The notes beneath the pieces are model-generated. The model was not told the DNA's origin. It worked only from the letters and a program-made list of their open reading frames with translations, and ran no database searches. Positions 25,484-33,501 of a stretch of DNA of 64,000 nt are shown here, in pieces. The DNA comes from Gemmatimonadota bacterium (GTDB lineage Bacteria; Gemmatimonadota; Gemmatimonadetes; Gemmatimonadales; GWC2-71-9): assembly GCA_016713785.1 (NCBI GenBank), contig JADJOM010000002.1, positions 382,381 through 446,380 on the forward strand, written 5' to 3'. The position numbers and the translations under genes are program-made. Each line of letters starts with the position of its first letter. Positions within the stretch are counted from its first letter, which is position 1.

Positions 25484-26329
25484 TCAGTCGTCGCCGCGGC
25501 CCTCGTGCTCGCTGGCGGAGCGGTGGCAGCGGACGCAGTCGGCGAGGTTGCGGATGCCCTCCTCGCGGTGCTCGCCCAGGATGTTCCGGGGGGTGTGTTC
25601 GTGGCAGCCGTAGCAGGTGTAGGTGCGATAGGTGCCGGGCTGGTCATGGCAGGTGGCGCAGCGGGCGTTGTGGTCGCGGTCGAGCACGAAGTACCGCTCG
25701 TGGGCAAAGTCGGCCGGGGACCAGGCGCGGGTGGTGTGGCAGTCGGCGCAGTTCGCGGCGGCGTCGGCGTGCAGGCCGTCGTCGGGGCGGTCGGCGTCGT
25801 GGCAGGCGGCGCAGCGGCGGCTTCCCGCAAAGCGCTGGTGATCGAACTGCGCCGGGGTCCAGGCCTCGGTGGTGTGGCAGGCGGCGCACTCGTCGGTCAG
25901 CCGCTCGTGGGTGGCGTCGGCGGGGCGGCTGGCCTCGTGGCAGCTGCCGCAGCGCTCGCGGTCGGCGGCGGCGAGGCCGTCGTGGGCAAAGGGCCGGGTG
26001 GCGTGGGCCGGATCGGCGCCGGCGTGGTCGGTGTGGCAGGCCAGGCAGTCGGCGGCGCCGGGCGACCGATGCAGCCCCACCAGGCCCGGCCGCGGTTCCC
26101 AGCCCGCCGGCCGCACCTCCCGGGTGCGCCCGATGCTGTCGGGGGCGTGGCACGCGGTGCAGCGCGCGGCCGGGGTGCCCTGGAAGGGCACGTGGCAGCC
26201 GAGGCAGTCGGCGGCGAGCGCGGCGTGGCCGGCCACCAGCGGGCCGGGATTCAGCGCGGAGGCCGGGGTGAAGACGGCGAGGGCGGTGCCGAGGAGCAGC
26301 GTGAGCAGGAAGACGGTGCGGGCGCGCAT
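25484..26329 (-). CDS. Periplasmic multiheme (decaheme) c-type cytochrome
   Basis: Signal peptide plus ten CxxCH motifs counted: CLGCH, CTACH, CLACH, CGSCH, CAACH, CAACH, CADCH, CATCH, CYGCH, CVRCH. Confidence 0.9.
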   Translation of the reverse strand: MRARTVFLLTLLLGTALAVFTPASALNPGPLVAGHAALAADCLGCHVPFQGTPAARCTACHAPDSIGRTREVRPAGWEPRPGLVGLHRSPGAADCLACHTDHAGADPAHATRPFAHDGLAAADRERCGSCHEASRPADATHERLTDECAACHTTEAWTPAQFDHQRFAGSRRCAACHDADRPDDGLHADAAANCADCHTTRAWSPADFAHERYFVLDRDHNARCATCHDQPGTYRTYTCYGCHEHTPRNILGEHREEGIRNLADCVRCHRSASEHEGRGDD

Positions 26330-26332
26330 CGG

Positions 26333-26884
26333 CTACCAGTCCCGCAGGAGGATGACGCTCGCGATGTGCACCAGCGCGAGCGCCACGAAGACCGCGTTGA
26401 GCGGCATGTGGATCAGGCGCCACTGGCGCATCAGGTCCACGGTGGTGGCGTCGAGCAGGCGGTTGTCCTCCGGCTCGGGCCGGGTCTCCTGCGCTTTCAG
26501 GGTATCAACCGCGCGGCGCAGCAGCACCGCGCCGGTGATCCCGCTCGCCACGACGATCAGCATGGCGGCGAGCGCGAGCCACGGGAGGATCGCGTTGAAG
26601 TGGATGCCGCTGTGCAGGATGATGCAGAGGGTGCCGAGCCAGCCCAGGGTCTCGTGCAGCTCGAGCAGCCGCTTGGGCGAGCCGGCGCGGAGCAGCTTCC
26701 GCTTGCGGAGCGAGTAGAGGAACGACGCGAGGACGAGGAGGGTGCCGACGGGCCCGAGGTACCAGCCGATGGCGGCGAGGCCGGCCAGGTGGAGCGCGTA
26801 GTCGAACCCGATCCCGGCCAGGATCAGCCCGGCGAACAGCGCGGCGTTGGGCAACAGCTGCCGGACCACGAGCGAGCGATGCAT
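26333..26884 (-). CDS. His-rich 4-TM membrane protein (DUF4405/cytochrome-b-like candidate)
   Basis: 183 aa from ATG 26882-26884. Conserved-looking His residues sit in or near TM helices (YALHLAG, LELHETLGW, ILHSGIHFN, LIHMPLN, LVHIAS). Its stop is 4 nt upstream of the cytochrome start. Confidence 0.65.
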   Translation of the reverse strand: MHRSLVVRQLLPNAALFAGLILAGIGFDYALHLAGLAAIGWYLGPVGTLLVLASFLYSLRKRKLLRAGSPKRLLELHETLGWLGTLCIILHSGIHFNAILPWLALAAMLIVVASGITGAVLLRRAVDTLKAQETRPEPEDNRLLDATTVDLMRQWRLIHMPLNAVFVALALVHIASVILLRDW

Positions 26885-26946
26885 GGACGGACCTCCCGGG
26901 ACGTGGCGCAATGGTAGCCCCGGGAGATGAACCCACGATGACCGGG

Positions 26947-27792
26947 CTAGCGCTCCACCACCACCACGCCCAGGGGGACCTTGCGCCAGCCGCGCCAGGC
27001 CTGCCAGCGGCCGCCACTCTCGCGCACCGCCAGCTGGGCGGAGATGCCGCCATCGAGCGCCACCGCGCGGCGGCACCCTTCCTCCCGCAGCAGCCCCGCG
27101 GTCTCGGCCAGGGTGAGCCCGAAGGGGATGGCGCCGCCGGCCTCGCCCAGGCCGTCGAAGCGGGTGAGCAGCACCAGCAGGCGGCCGTCGGCCAGGTGGC
27201 AGAGGGCGAGCCGCGCATCGCGATGGGTGATGCCCACCCCGCTGCCCGGCGTGGTGAGCGCGGCGGGGATCTCGCCCTCGCCCACCAGCAGGGCGGGATA
27301 GGACTGGAGGGCGAGCTCCACGCCGCCGGCCGCGCGCGCGGCGGCGATGCTGTCCGGCGGCAGGAAGCGCACGCTGCCCGCGCGGTCCACCACCACCGCC
27401 TGCGACAGCGGGCCGCTCCCCGGCGGGCGGAGTTCCACGCCGTCCATGACGGTCCAGCCCCACGGCGCGATGCCGCTGAACTGGCCGGCGTTGAAGGCGG
27501 CGAGCGCGGTGGCGGGGGCGCTGTCCACGGTCCACACGCCCTGGTCGAACCCGGCGCCCAGCCGGGTCTGCAACCGGAGCCGCACCCGCGCCGGATCGAT
27601 CCGGAGCAGGTGCAGCTCGGTCCAGCGCCCCTCACCCGCGGCCGCAACGGCGCGCTCCCCCAGCTCGACGCCGGGGCGCACCGCCCGCCAGGTGGTGACG
27701 CCCGCGGCCGCGGGCGCGCGGCTCCCCGCGCCGGTGACGAGCAGCATCGCTCCCCCCAGCGCGGCGAGCAGCAGGGTGCGTCCGGTGATCAC
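26947..27792 (-). CDS. Phosphodiester glycosidase family (DUF2233/NAGPA-like) secreted protein
   Basis: GTG 27790-27792 start (ITGRTLLLAALGGAMLLVTGAG signal). C-terminal LTLAETAGLLREEGCRRAVALDGGIS is typical of the family. GTGA overlap with the upstream stop. Confidence 0.7.
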   Translation of the reverse strand: MITGRTLLLAALGGAMLLVTGAGSRAPAAAGVTTWRAVRPGVELGERAVAAAGEGRWTELHLLRIDPARVRLRLQTRLGAGFDQGVWTVDSAPATALAAFNAGQFSGIAPWGWTVMDGVELRPPGSGPLSQAVVVDRAGSVRFLPPDSIAAARAAGGVELALQSYPALLVGEGEIPAALTTPGSGVGITHRDARLALCHLADGRLLVLLTRFDGLGEAGGAIPFGLTLAETAGLLREEGCRRAVALDGGISAQLAVRESGGRWQAWRGWRKVPLGVVVVER

Positions 27793-28505
27793 CCGAGCCC
27801 CACGGCCTTGAGCCGCTCGCGCAGCTCGCGCTTCTTCGCGTCGACGGCCTGCTTCTCCTTGTCGGCCAGGCCGGCGCGGTTGCCCGCGGAGAGGTAGGTG
27901 TAGACCAGCTCCTTGAACTGCGCGTAGTCGGTGAGCGACATCCCCGCCGCCTCCGCGCCGGCCTGCTCCGGGTTGGCGGCGGGCTGGCGCTGGATGGCCT
28001 GCTGCTCGGGCGTGGGCTGGGCGGGCGCGGCACAGGCGGCCTGGATGCGGGCCTGCATCTCGGTGGCCAGGGTGGTCATCCGCTGCCCGATCTGGCTGGC
28101 CTTGTTGTAGTCGCCCTTGTCGACGGCTTCCTTGGCCTGCGCCTCGAGCCGCTGCAGCTCGGGCCAGGCGGGGTCGCTCGCCTTCTTGTCCTCGTAGCAC
28201 TGCCCCTGCCGCGCGGAGGCGTTGCGCGCGGCCTCCTCCCGCTCCTGCCGCAGCCGCTCCTGCTCCGCCTGCTGCTGCCGCACCGTGGCCTCGGCCTTGA
28301 GCCCCGCGAGCAGGTGATCAATGGACTCCGGGGTGGCTTCCGGGCCGGCCATCCGCGCCGGCTGGTCGGTGGACGGGATGCCCGCGGCCTGGGTGGCCTT
28401 TTCCTTGGCCTTCCGGGTGAGGCCGCCGAGCTGGGCCTCCGCGGGCTGGGCCACGAGGGACAGGGCGACCAGCAGGCTGGTCAGGGCGAGCGAACGGCCG
28501 GACAT
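27789..28505 (-). CDS. Secreted hypothetical protein, Gln/Glu/Ala-rich coiled-coil
   Basis: Start at M18 (MSGRSLALTSLLVALSLVAQPAEA signal). Charged helical repeats; no recognisable family. Confidence 0.6.
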   Translation of the reverse strand: MSGRSLALTSLLVALSLVAQPAEAQLGGLTRKAKEKATQAAGIPSTDQPARMAGPEATPESIDHLLAGLKAEATVRQQQAEQERLRQEREEAARNASARQGQCYEDKKASDPAWPELQRLEAQAKEAVDKGDYNKASQIGQRMTTLATEMQARIQAACAAPAQPTPEQQAIQRQPAANPEQAGAEAAGMSLTDYAQFKELVYTYLSAGNRAGLADKEKQAVDAKKRELRERLKAVGLG

Positions 28506-28799
28506 GGTGCGGCTCCGAGGTATGGGTGACGGGAGAAAGCTACTCAACCCCATCACCCTCCGGTCACCCCCGGATCACCCGGAGCCGCATCCGGTAAGCA
28601 CATGACGATTAAAGAGATAGGATAACGACGCGCAGGAGACCGCTGGCGCCTCGAGCCGCGGCCGGGCTCCGGTTCTGACCCGCTCGATCAGCGATCGTGA
28701 TGGGGCCGTGACGACTCGCGGCGTGATTCGCTCGTGCCGAGGGCCCGGGCGCTCCGCCCTGGCCCGACCGGCCTTGCTGAACTGAGATGGGAGTCCGCC

Positions 28800-29408
28800 A
28801 TGCTCCTGATTGCCCTGGCCGGAACCCCCGGCCCGACGCTGAGTCCGTTGCTGCTGCTGGCCGCGGCGGGCGCGGTGGGTACGGTTGGATGGGCCACGCT
28901 GATGGTGGCCAAGTCACTCGCGAAGCTGCGGAGTGAGCTCGAGGAGTACAAGGAGTCGCAGCGCCCCGCCCCGCCGCCACCGCCGCCGGGGCGCCCGGGA
29001 CGGCCGAGCGCGCCGACGTTCGGCGGTCTGTACGAGGCCCGGCCCTCCGCGATGGCTGGCCTGGGCGAGCATCCGTGGACGCTGCCGCTGTTGGCGGGCG
29101 GCGCCTGCACTGTCGTGGCTCTGCTGCTCGGCTTCACCAGCCGGCCGGCGGCCCCGGAGGGGCCGGATGCCGCCCAGGAGGTCGCCGCGGTGCGGGCCGC
29201 GCTGGATTCCGTCTCGGGTCGGGTGAAGACGCTGGAAGATTCGCTGCAGACGCTGCGGACCGCCTCTGCCTCCGCCGCGGCTCCGGCGCGCACCACGCTG
29301 GCGGCGCGTACGCCGCGGCGGTCGGCGGCGATTCCGCCGGCGCCGGTCATCCCCCCGGCGCCCGCCATCCGCCCCGCGCCGGCCACGCCCGCGGGCGTCA
29401 CGCCCTGA
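28800..29408 (+). CDS. Hypothetical membrane protein with a proline-rich tail
   Basis: GC3 is strongly biased in this frame. ATG 28800 is preceded by gggag. Two hydrophobic segments, a PPPPPPGRPGRP tract and an IPPAPVIPPAPAIRPAPA tail. An alternative GTG start is at 28734. Confidence 0.5.
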   Translation: MLLIALAGTPGPTLSPLLLLAAAGAVGTVGWATLMVAKSLAKLRSELEEYKESQRPAPPPPPPGRPGRPSAPTFGGLYEARPSAMAGLGEHPWTLPLLAGGACTVVALLLGFTSRPAAPEGPDAAQEVAAVRAALDSVSGRVKTLEDSLQTLRTASASAAAPARTTLAARTPRRSAAIPPAPVIPPAPAIRPAPATPAGVTP

Positions 29409-29505
29409 GGGGGGTGGTCGAGGATTCGAGGCGGAACATCCAAACCGGGAGGGGATGGGACTCGTAGGAACGCGGGTCCCATCCACGCCACCTTCCGGAG
29501 GTTCC

Positions 29506-30555
29506 ATGCTGGCTCGCCGTCGGCCGTTGCTGCTGTTCGCGCTCCTGCTCGTCCCCACCCTTCCCGCCGCCGCCCAGCAGGGCGCTCCCACGATGGTCCT
29601 CCCCTGGGCGAGCCAGCGGGCCGGGGTGCGGCAGACCATCGGCCTCACCGACATCTCCATTGATTACAGCCGTCCGGCGGTGAAGGGCCGTAAGGTCTGG
29701 GGCGAGCTGGTGCCATTCGACTCGGTGTGGCGCGCCGGGGCCAACATGAACACGGTGCTGGCGGTGACCTCGCCGTTCACGGTGGGGGGCACGCGCCTGC
29801 CGGCGGGGCGGTACGGCCTGCACACCATCCCGGGCGCGCAGCAGTGGACGATCATCCTCAACCGTGAGGCGGAGAACTGGGGGAGCTTCAGCTACGACCA
29901 GGCCAAGGACGCACTGCGGTTCACGGTGACGCCGCGCGCCGCCGATCACGTGGAGTTCCTGCAGTACACGCTGGAGGCGCCCGGTGATTCCACGGTGACG
30001 GTGACGCTGCGCTGGGAGAAGCTGGCGGTGGCGTTCCCGCTCGGCGTGTCCACCAACGCGGTGGTGCTCGACAGCCTGAGCCACCAGCTGGCGGGGATCC
30101 AGCAGTTCTGGCCCACGGGATGGCTGGAAGCGGCGCGCTGGGCGCTGGCGCACAACACGGGGCTCGACCGCGCCGAGGCGTGGGCGGACCGCGCCGTTGC
30201 CCTGCAGCCGAGCTTCGCGTCGCTGCGGACCAAGGCGGCGGTACTGGAGCGCCAGGGCCGGAAGGCGCAGGCCGATTCGCTGCGCGCCCGCGCGCTGACG
30301 CTGGCCACCGAGGCCGACGTGAACGTGCTCGGCTACCAGTACCTGGGGGAGCGAAAGCTGGACGAGGCGATCGCGCTGTTCCGGCAGAACGTGCGGGACT
30401 ACCCGAAGTCGTGGAACGTCTACGACAGCCTGGGGGAGGCGCTGGCCGTGAAGGGGGACAAGCGGGACGCGCTGGCCAACTACCAGAAGGCGCTGGACCT
30501 GGCGCCGGCGGGGCAGCACGCCCGGATCCGGGCCGCGATGACGGCGCTGCGGTAG
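29506..30555 (+). CDS. DUF2911-like secreted protein with C-terminal TPR repeats
   Basis: ATG 29506 follows GGAGG. Signal peptide. GVRQTIGLTDISIDYSRPAVKGRKVWGELVPFDSVWRAGAN matches my recollection of DUF2911. The C-terminus has TPR-like AL..Y.KAL repeats. Confidence 0.7.
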   Translation: MLARRRPLLLFALLLVPTLPAAAQQGAPTMVLPWASQRAGVRQTIGLTDISIDYSRPAVKGRKVWGELVPFDSVWRAGANMNTVLAVTSPFTVGGTRLPAGRYGLHTIPGAQQWTIILNREAENWGSFSYDQAKDALRFTVTPRAADHVEFLQYTLEAPGDSTVTVTLRWEKLAVAFPLGVSTNAVVLDSLSHQLAGIQQFWPTGWLEAARWALAHNTGLDRAEAWADRAVALQPSFASLRTKAAVLERQGRKAQADSLRARALTLATEADVNVLGYQYLGERKLDEAIALFRQNVRDYPKSWNVYDSLGEALAVKGDKRDALANYQKALDLAPAGQHARIRAAMTALR

Positions 30556-30571
30556 GCGCGCCGGGGGGCGC

Positions 30572-30901
30572 TCAGCCGGTGAAGAGCTTCTTCCGGCTGT
30601 GCGCCTCCTTCTCGAGCCGCCCGCACATCAGCTCGCACAGCTTGAGCACGTCGTTGTCGGCCAGGCGGTAGTAGGTGCTGACGCCGTCCTTGCGGCGCTC
30701 CACGAAGCCGGCGGCGTGCAGCAGCTGCAGGTGCTTGGAGACGTTGGCCTGGCCGAAGCCGGTGAGGGTGAGGATCTCCGACACGTTGCGTTCGCCGCCC
30801 TTGAGGGCCTGGAGGATCTCCAGCCGCGAGGGTTCGGCGAGCGCCTTGAAGCGATCGGCGATGTGGAGCAGCTGGTCCTGGGTGAGTGCCTTGCCGGCCA
30901 T
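30572..30901 (-). CDS. ArsR/SmtB family transcriptional regulator
   Basis: 109 aa from ATG 30899-30901. FKALAEPSRLEILQAL and wHTH NVSEILTLTGFGQANVSKHLQLLHAAGFV. C-terminal CELMC cysteine pair. Confidence 0.9.
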   Translation of the reverse strand: MAGKALTQDQLLHIADRFKALAEPSRLEILQALKGGERNVSEILTLTGFGQANVSKHLQLLHAAGFVERRKDGVSTYYRLADNDVLKLCELMCGRLEKEAHSRKKLFTG

Positions 30902-30928
30902 GGGATCGGGGCAGTCCCCGCGATTGGT

Positions 30929-31036
30929 GACCATATAATGATGTAGTGAAAGCGGGCCGCCCGGCAACCGGCCCCCGTCCGCGGGCCGTGGGCGGGGGTT
31001 GACCATTGGTATATATGACTATATGGTTATATGGTC
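30929..31036. promoter_or_regulatory. AT-rich divergent promoter/operator island between arsR and the efflux operon
   Basis: GACCATATAA (30929-30938) is the exact inverse of TTATATGGTC (31027-31036). TATATGGT is tandemly duplicated at 31020-31027 and 31028-31035. TTGACC (30999-31004) plus a 17-nt spacer gives TATGGT (31022-31027). Confidence 0.45.
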
Positions 31037-31069
31037 TTTCGCAAGGGGCCGACGCCCCGGGTCACCGCC

Positions 31070-32437
31070 ATGCCGCTACCGTTCCGCCGTCCGCTGGTCC
31101 GCCTGGTCCTCGGGGCCGCGCTGGCCGCCGCGCCCCTCGCGGCGCAGCAGCCGCTCACCCTCGGGGAGGCCCTCGCCCGCGCCGACACCGCCGGGTACGC
31201 CAACCGCATCGCCGCCGGCGCCACCCGGGAGCGGGCCGGCGAGGCGCTGGCACCCTACCGGGGGATCCTGCCCTCGGTGCGGCTCGAGGCGGCCTACCTC
31301 CGCACCACCGATCCGCTCAACAGCTTCGGCTTCCTGCTCCGGCAGCGGGCCGTCACCCCGGCCGCGTTCAACCCGGCCACGCTCAACGACCCCGCCGCCA
31401 TCGGCAACCTGATGACCGGGGTGGTGCTGGAGCAGCCGCTGTTCAACGCCGACGCCTGGCTGGGCCGGCGCGCGGCGCGCGCGGCGCGCGACGCGACGGC
31501 CGCCTCCGAGACGTGGACCCGGGGCGGCACGGCGGTGCAGGTGGTGCAGGCGTACTTCGGCGCGGTGCTGGCCGCCGAGCAGGTGACCACGCTGCGCGCG
31601 GCCAGCGCGGCGGGCGCGGCCCACGTGCGGCAGGCGGAGGCGATGGTGCGGCAGGGCATGGCCACCCGCTCCGACGCCCTGCTGGCCTCGGTGAAGGCGG
31701 GGGAGGTCGACGCGCAGCTGCTCGAGGCCGAGCGCCGGGCGCGTCAGGCGCGGCGGGGGCTGGCCACGCTGCTGGGCGCGCCGGCGGACAGCGGCTGGAC
31801 CCTCCCCGATTCCCTGCCGTCCCTGGACGCGGTCCGGGCGGTGGCCGGGCTGGCCGGGACCGACAGCGGCGGCGCCGCCGCCCGGGCCGACGTGCAGGCG
31901 GCGGAGCTGGGCCGGGCCGCCGCGGAGGCGGACGCGCGCCGGGCGGCGGCGCTCTACCTGCCGCGGCTCAACGGCTTTGGACGGCTGGACTGGAACTCCG
32001 CGGACGCCCCGTTCAGTGGCAAGAGCGCGTGGACCCTCGGGGTGATGCTCTCCTGGTCGCCGTTCGCGGGGGCGCAGGAGCTGGCGGAACGGCGGAGCGC
32101 CGCGGGACGTCGCGACGGGGCGCGAGCCATGGCCCAGGCGGCGGGGGCCCAGGCCGCGCTCGAGATCGCCGCCGCGCGGGACCGGCAGGCGGTGGCGCTG
32201 GCGCGGCTGGCGATCGCCGACCGGTCGGTGGCGCAGGCGGCCGAGGCGCACCGGATCGTGGGACGGAAGTACGACGGCGGACTGGCCACCGTGAGCGAGC
32301 TGCTGGATGCCGCGACGGTGGAAACGGCCACGCGGCTGGGGCTGTCGGCGGCGCGCTACGAGGTGATCGTGGCGGCGGCCGAAGCGCGGCAGGCCCAGGG
32401 ACTGGAGCTCGGCGCGCTCCGCGCGCTCGATCGCTGA
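31070..32437 (+). CDS. TolC family outer membrane efflux protein
   Basis: Start at M14 (MPLPFRRPLVRLVLGAALAAAPLAAQQ signal). Two-repeat OEP-like architecture, first gene of the efflux operon. An alternative ATG is at 31031. Confidence 0.85.
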   Translation: MPLPFRRPLVRLVLGAALAAAPLAAQQPLTLGEALARADTAGYANRIAAGATRERAGEALAPYRGILPSVRLEAAYLRTTDPLNSFGFLLRQRAVTPAAFNPATLNDPAAIGNLMTGVVLEQPLFNADAWLGRRAARAARDATAASETWTRGGTAVQVVQAYFGAVLAAEQVTTLRAASAAGAAHVRQAEAMVRQGMATRSDALLASVKAGEVDAQLLEAERRARQARRGLATLLGAPADSGWTLPDSLPSLDAVRAVAGLAGTDSGGAAARADVQAAELGRAAAEADARRAAALYLPRLNGFGRLDWNSADAPFSGKSAWTLGVMLSWSPFAGAQELAERRSAAGRRDGARAMAQAAGAQAALEIAAARDRQAVALARLAIADRSVAQAAEAHRIVGRKYDGGLATVSELLDAATVETATRLGLSAARYEVIVAAAEARQAQGLELGALRALDR

Positions 32438-32474
32438 TACCTCGAACCGGGCCGCTGGCCCGGGAGAACATGCA

Positions 32475-33500
32475 ATGCGGACGCACGGCTGGCTGGTCCT
32501 GGTGACGATGGCGATGGCGCAGGGGTGCGGTGGGTCGGGAGAGGTCGAACCGGCCGCGAGCCCCGGCGCCACGGCGCACGGCGCAACGTTCACCGTCCGG
32601 GATACCACGATCACCGCGGGGTTCGATGCCACGGGGGTGGCCGAACCGGTGGAGCGTGCCCTGCTCAGCACCAAGCTGATGGGGAGCGTCACCGCGGTCC
32701 TGGTGCAGGAGGGCGACCAGGTCCGTCGCGGCCAGGTGCTGGCCCGGATCGACGCGCGGGACGTCGAGGCCAAGCGGGCGCAGGTGGAGGCGGGGATCGC
32801 GGCTGCGGAGGCGATGTACGCCGACGCCGAGACCCAGGCGGGGCGCTTCCGGGCGCTCTACGCCGACAGCGCGGCCACGCGGTTCCAGCTGGACCAGGTG
32901 GAAACGGGGCTGGCGCGGGCCGAAGCCGGGCTCCGCACCGCGCGGGCGGCGCGAAGCGAGCTCGACGCGGTGGGGTCGTACGCCGCGGTGGTGGCGCCCT
33001 TCGCCGGCGTGGTGACCATGCGCTACGTGGACCCAGGCGCCTTCGCCGCGCCGGGCGCCCCGATCGTGGAGGTGCAGGACGCGAGCCGGCTGCGGGTGAG
33101 CGTGAGCGTGCCGACCCGCGTGGCGCGCGGCCTCCGCCCCGGGCAGGCGCTCGAGGCGATGATCGAGGGCCGGGCGTTGCCGGCCACGATCGAGGGGCTG
33201 GTGCCTTCGCCGGCGGGCGGGGTCTACACCGTCAACGCGGTGGTGCGGAATCCCGCCGGGGAGTTCCTCCCCGGCAGCGCCGCGACGCTGCGGGTGCCGG
33301 ACGGGACCCGGGCGGCGATCCTGGTCCCGGCCGCCGCGCTGGTCCGCGAGGGGGACCTGGTGGGGGTGCGGGTGGTCTCGGGCGGGAGCGCCGACCTGCG
33401 CTGGGTGCGCACCGCCGGCGACGCGCCCGCCACGGGCGGCCTGGTCGAGGTGCTCTCCGGGCTCACCGCCGGCGACGTGATCCTGGCCGGGAGCGACTGA
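32475..33500 (+). CDS. Efflux RND transporter periplasmic adaptor subunit (MFP/HlyD family)
   Basis: Lipoprotein-like N-terminus (VTMAMAQGC), coiled-coil hairpin region and beta-barrel C-terminus. It lies between the OMP and RND genes. Confidence 0.9.
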   Translation: MRTHGWLVLVTMAMAQGCGGSGEVEPAASPGATAHGATFTVRDTTITAGFDATGVAEPVERALLSTKLMGSVTAVLVQEGDQVRRGQVLARIDARDVEAKRAQVEAGIAAAEAMYADAETQAGRFRALYADSAATRFQLDQVETGLARAEAGLRTARAARSELDAVGSYAAVVAPFAGVVTMRYVDPGAFAAPGAPIVEVQDASRLRVSVSVPTRVARGLRPGQALEAMIEGRALPATIEGLVPSPAGGVYTVNAVVRNPAGEFLPGSAATLRVPDGTRAAILVPAAALVREGDLVGVRVVSGGSADLRWVRTAGDAPATGGLVEVLSGLTAGDVILAGSD

Positions 33501-33501
33501 C

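Noticed and set aside
28734-28799. GTG 28734 as the start of the proline-rich membrane protein
   Set aside because: ATG 28800 is preceded by a GGGAG ribosome-binding-like element and begins directly with the first hydrophobic segment. The 22 upstream residues are Arg/Pro/Ala-rich with no signal-like features. The longer form cannot be excluded.
31031-31069. ATG 31031 as the start of the TolC-like gene
   Set aside because: That ATG lies inside the tandem TATATGGT operator boxes and the candidate -10 element. The signal peptide begins at ATG 31070 (MPLPFRRPLVRLVLGAALAAAPLAAQQ).
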